In this document: in pieces, positions 63,537-64,000 of the stretch
Numbering within the stretch: position 1 is the first letter of the stretch
Layout: the number at the start of each line of letters is the position of its first letter
Assembly: GCA_020184695.1 (NCBI GenBank)
Contig: JAANOX010000106.1
Span: forward strand, 39,213-103,212
DNA: 64,000 nt
From: Histomonas meleagridis 2922-C6/04-290x
Lineage: Eukaryota; Protista; Parabasalia
Direction of reading: 5' to 3'
Position numbers and translations under genes: made by a program
Notes under the pieces: generated by a model
What the model was told of the DNA's origin: nothing
Databases searched by the model: none
Seen by the model: the letters and a program-made list of their open reading frames with translations, nothing else

Positions 63537-63935
63537 TTAGCAGTAGTTGTGTTCATGGAGTAAAGCAGGAATCTTATCAACAAATGTTGCAAATCTTCTG
63601 TTGATTTCGACTGGAAGATCTTCGCTGAGCTGGAATGCCTTCTCGAGCTCTGCTCTTATGGACAAATAAAAATCAAGATGATCTTCTGCGAACTTTTCAT
63701 ATAATTGTTCTGTTAAAGATTGAAATGTTGAATATAATTTTGGTATCTGATCTTCATCCTCAACTGAATAAAAGAGACCAACTATAATATCATTTTTCAT
63801 TGTCATTGCAAGATTCAAATTTGTGTTTTGAATACCAGCATTTGAATGTCGACTGACTTGGGGCATGGACTCTTCTCCAACCTTGAATGAAACCTGCCTT
63901 AGGCTTTCATTATCAAATTCTTTCGGAATCGACAT
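63537..63935 (-). CDS. Hypothetical protein (longin-like alpha/beta pattern), 5' end uncertain
   Basis: The frame is open from 63992, with first ATG at 63935. The true start may lie outside the window or behind an intron. Confidence 0.4.
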   Translation of the reverse strand: MSIPKEFDNESLRQVSFKVGEESMPQVSRHSNAGIQNTNLNLAMTMKNDIIVGLFYSVEDEDQIPKLYSTFQSLTEQLYEKFAEDHLDFYLSIRAELEKAFQLSEDLPVEINRRFATFVDKIPALLHEHNYC

Positions 63936-64000
63936 CAATGTTTGGAAAAGTCTTGCAATTGCTTTATCTTCTTTAATATATGTCCATTCTAATTACAGTA

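Noticed and set aside
1-64000. tRNA, rRNA, snRNA or telomeric repeats
   Set aside because: None recognised by eye. A covariance-model scan (tRNAscan-SE/Infernal) would be needed to exclude small RNAs.

Overview
AT-rich, intron-poor eukaryotic genomic DNA using the standard genetic code. It is most likely a parabasalid (Trichomonas/Tritrichomonas/Histomonas-like); this is inferred from DUF3447-ankyrin, BspA, Pmp-like, discoidin and transmembrane cyclase families plus a 23-nt intron. Housekeeping genes include RAD50, UGGT, an LSm protein, an SR protein, TVP23, a CK2-like kinase, a PSP1-domain protein and a GT17 glycosyltransferase. The window also holds surface proteins, bacterial-type genes (Rnl2-family RNA ligase, endonuclease I), several pseudogenes and Tc1/mariner remnants. 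Main observation: the ankyrin-repeat tails of two DUF3447 genes (about 1.7-5.0 kb and 10.1-12.6 kb, minus strand) look broken but follow a strict code. Between the ...NAK of one repeat and the TAL/TPL of the next, single codons are separated by 17-nt AT-rich elements that lack GT-AG ends. Removing the 17-mers rebuilds textbook D-x-x-G-x ankyrin hairpins (e.g. NAK-DDEGF-TAL, NAK-DKYGW-TAL, NEK-NDNGD-TAF). In the second locus the unit is expanded into arrays of 8-13 near-identical 17-mers, each followed by a variable sense codon. This suggests an unrecognised non-canonical micro-intron/3-nt micro-exon (or skipping/excision) system acting on the hypervariable binding loop. The mechanism is inferred and needs RNA or protein data. 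Several ORF-track starts are TTG/GTG and were corrected to ATG where possible.
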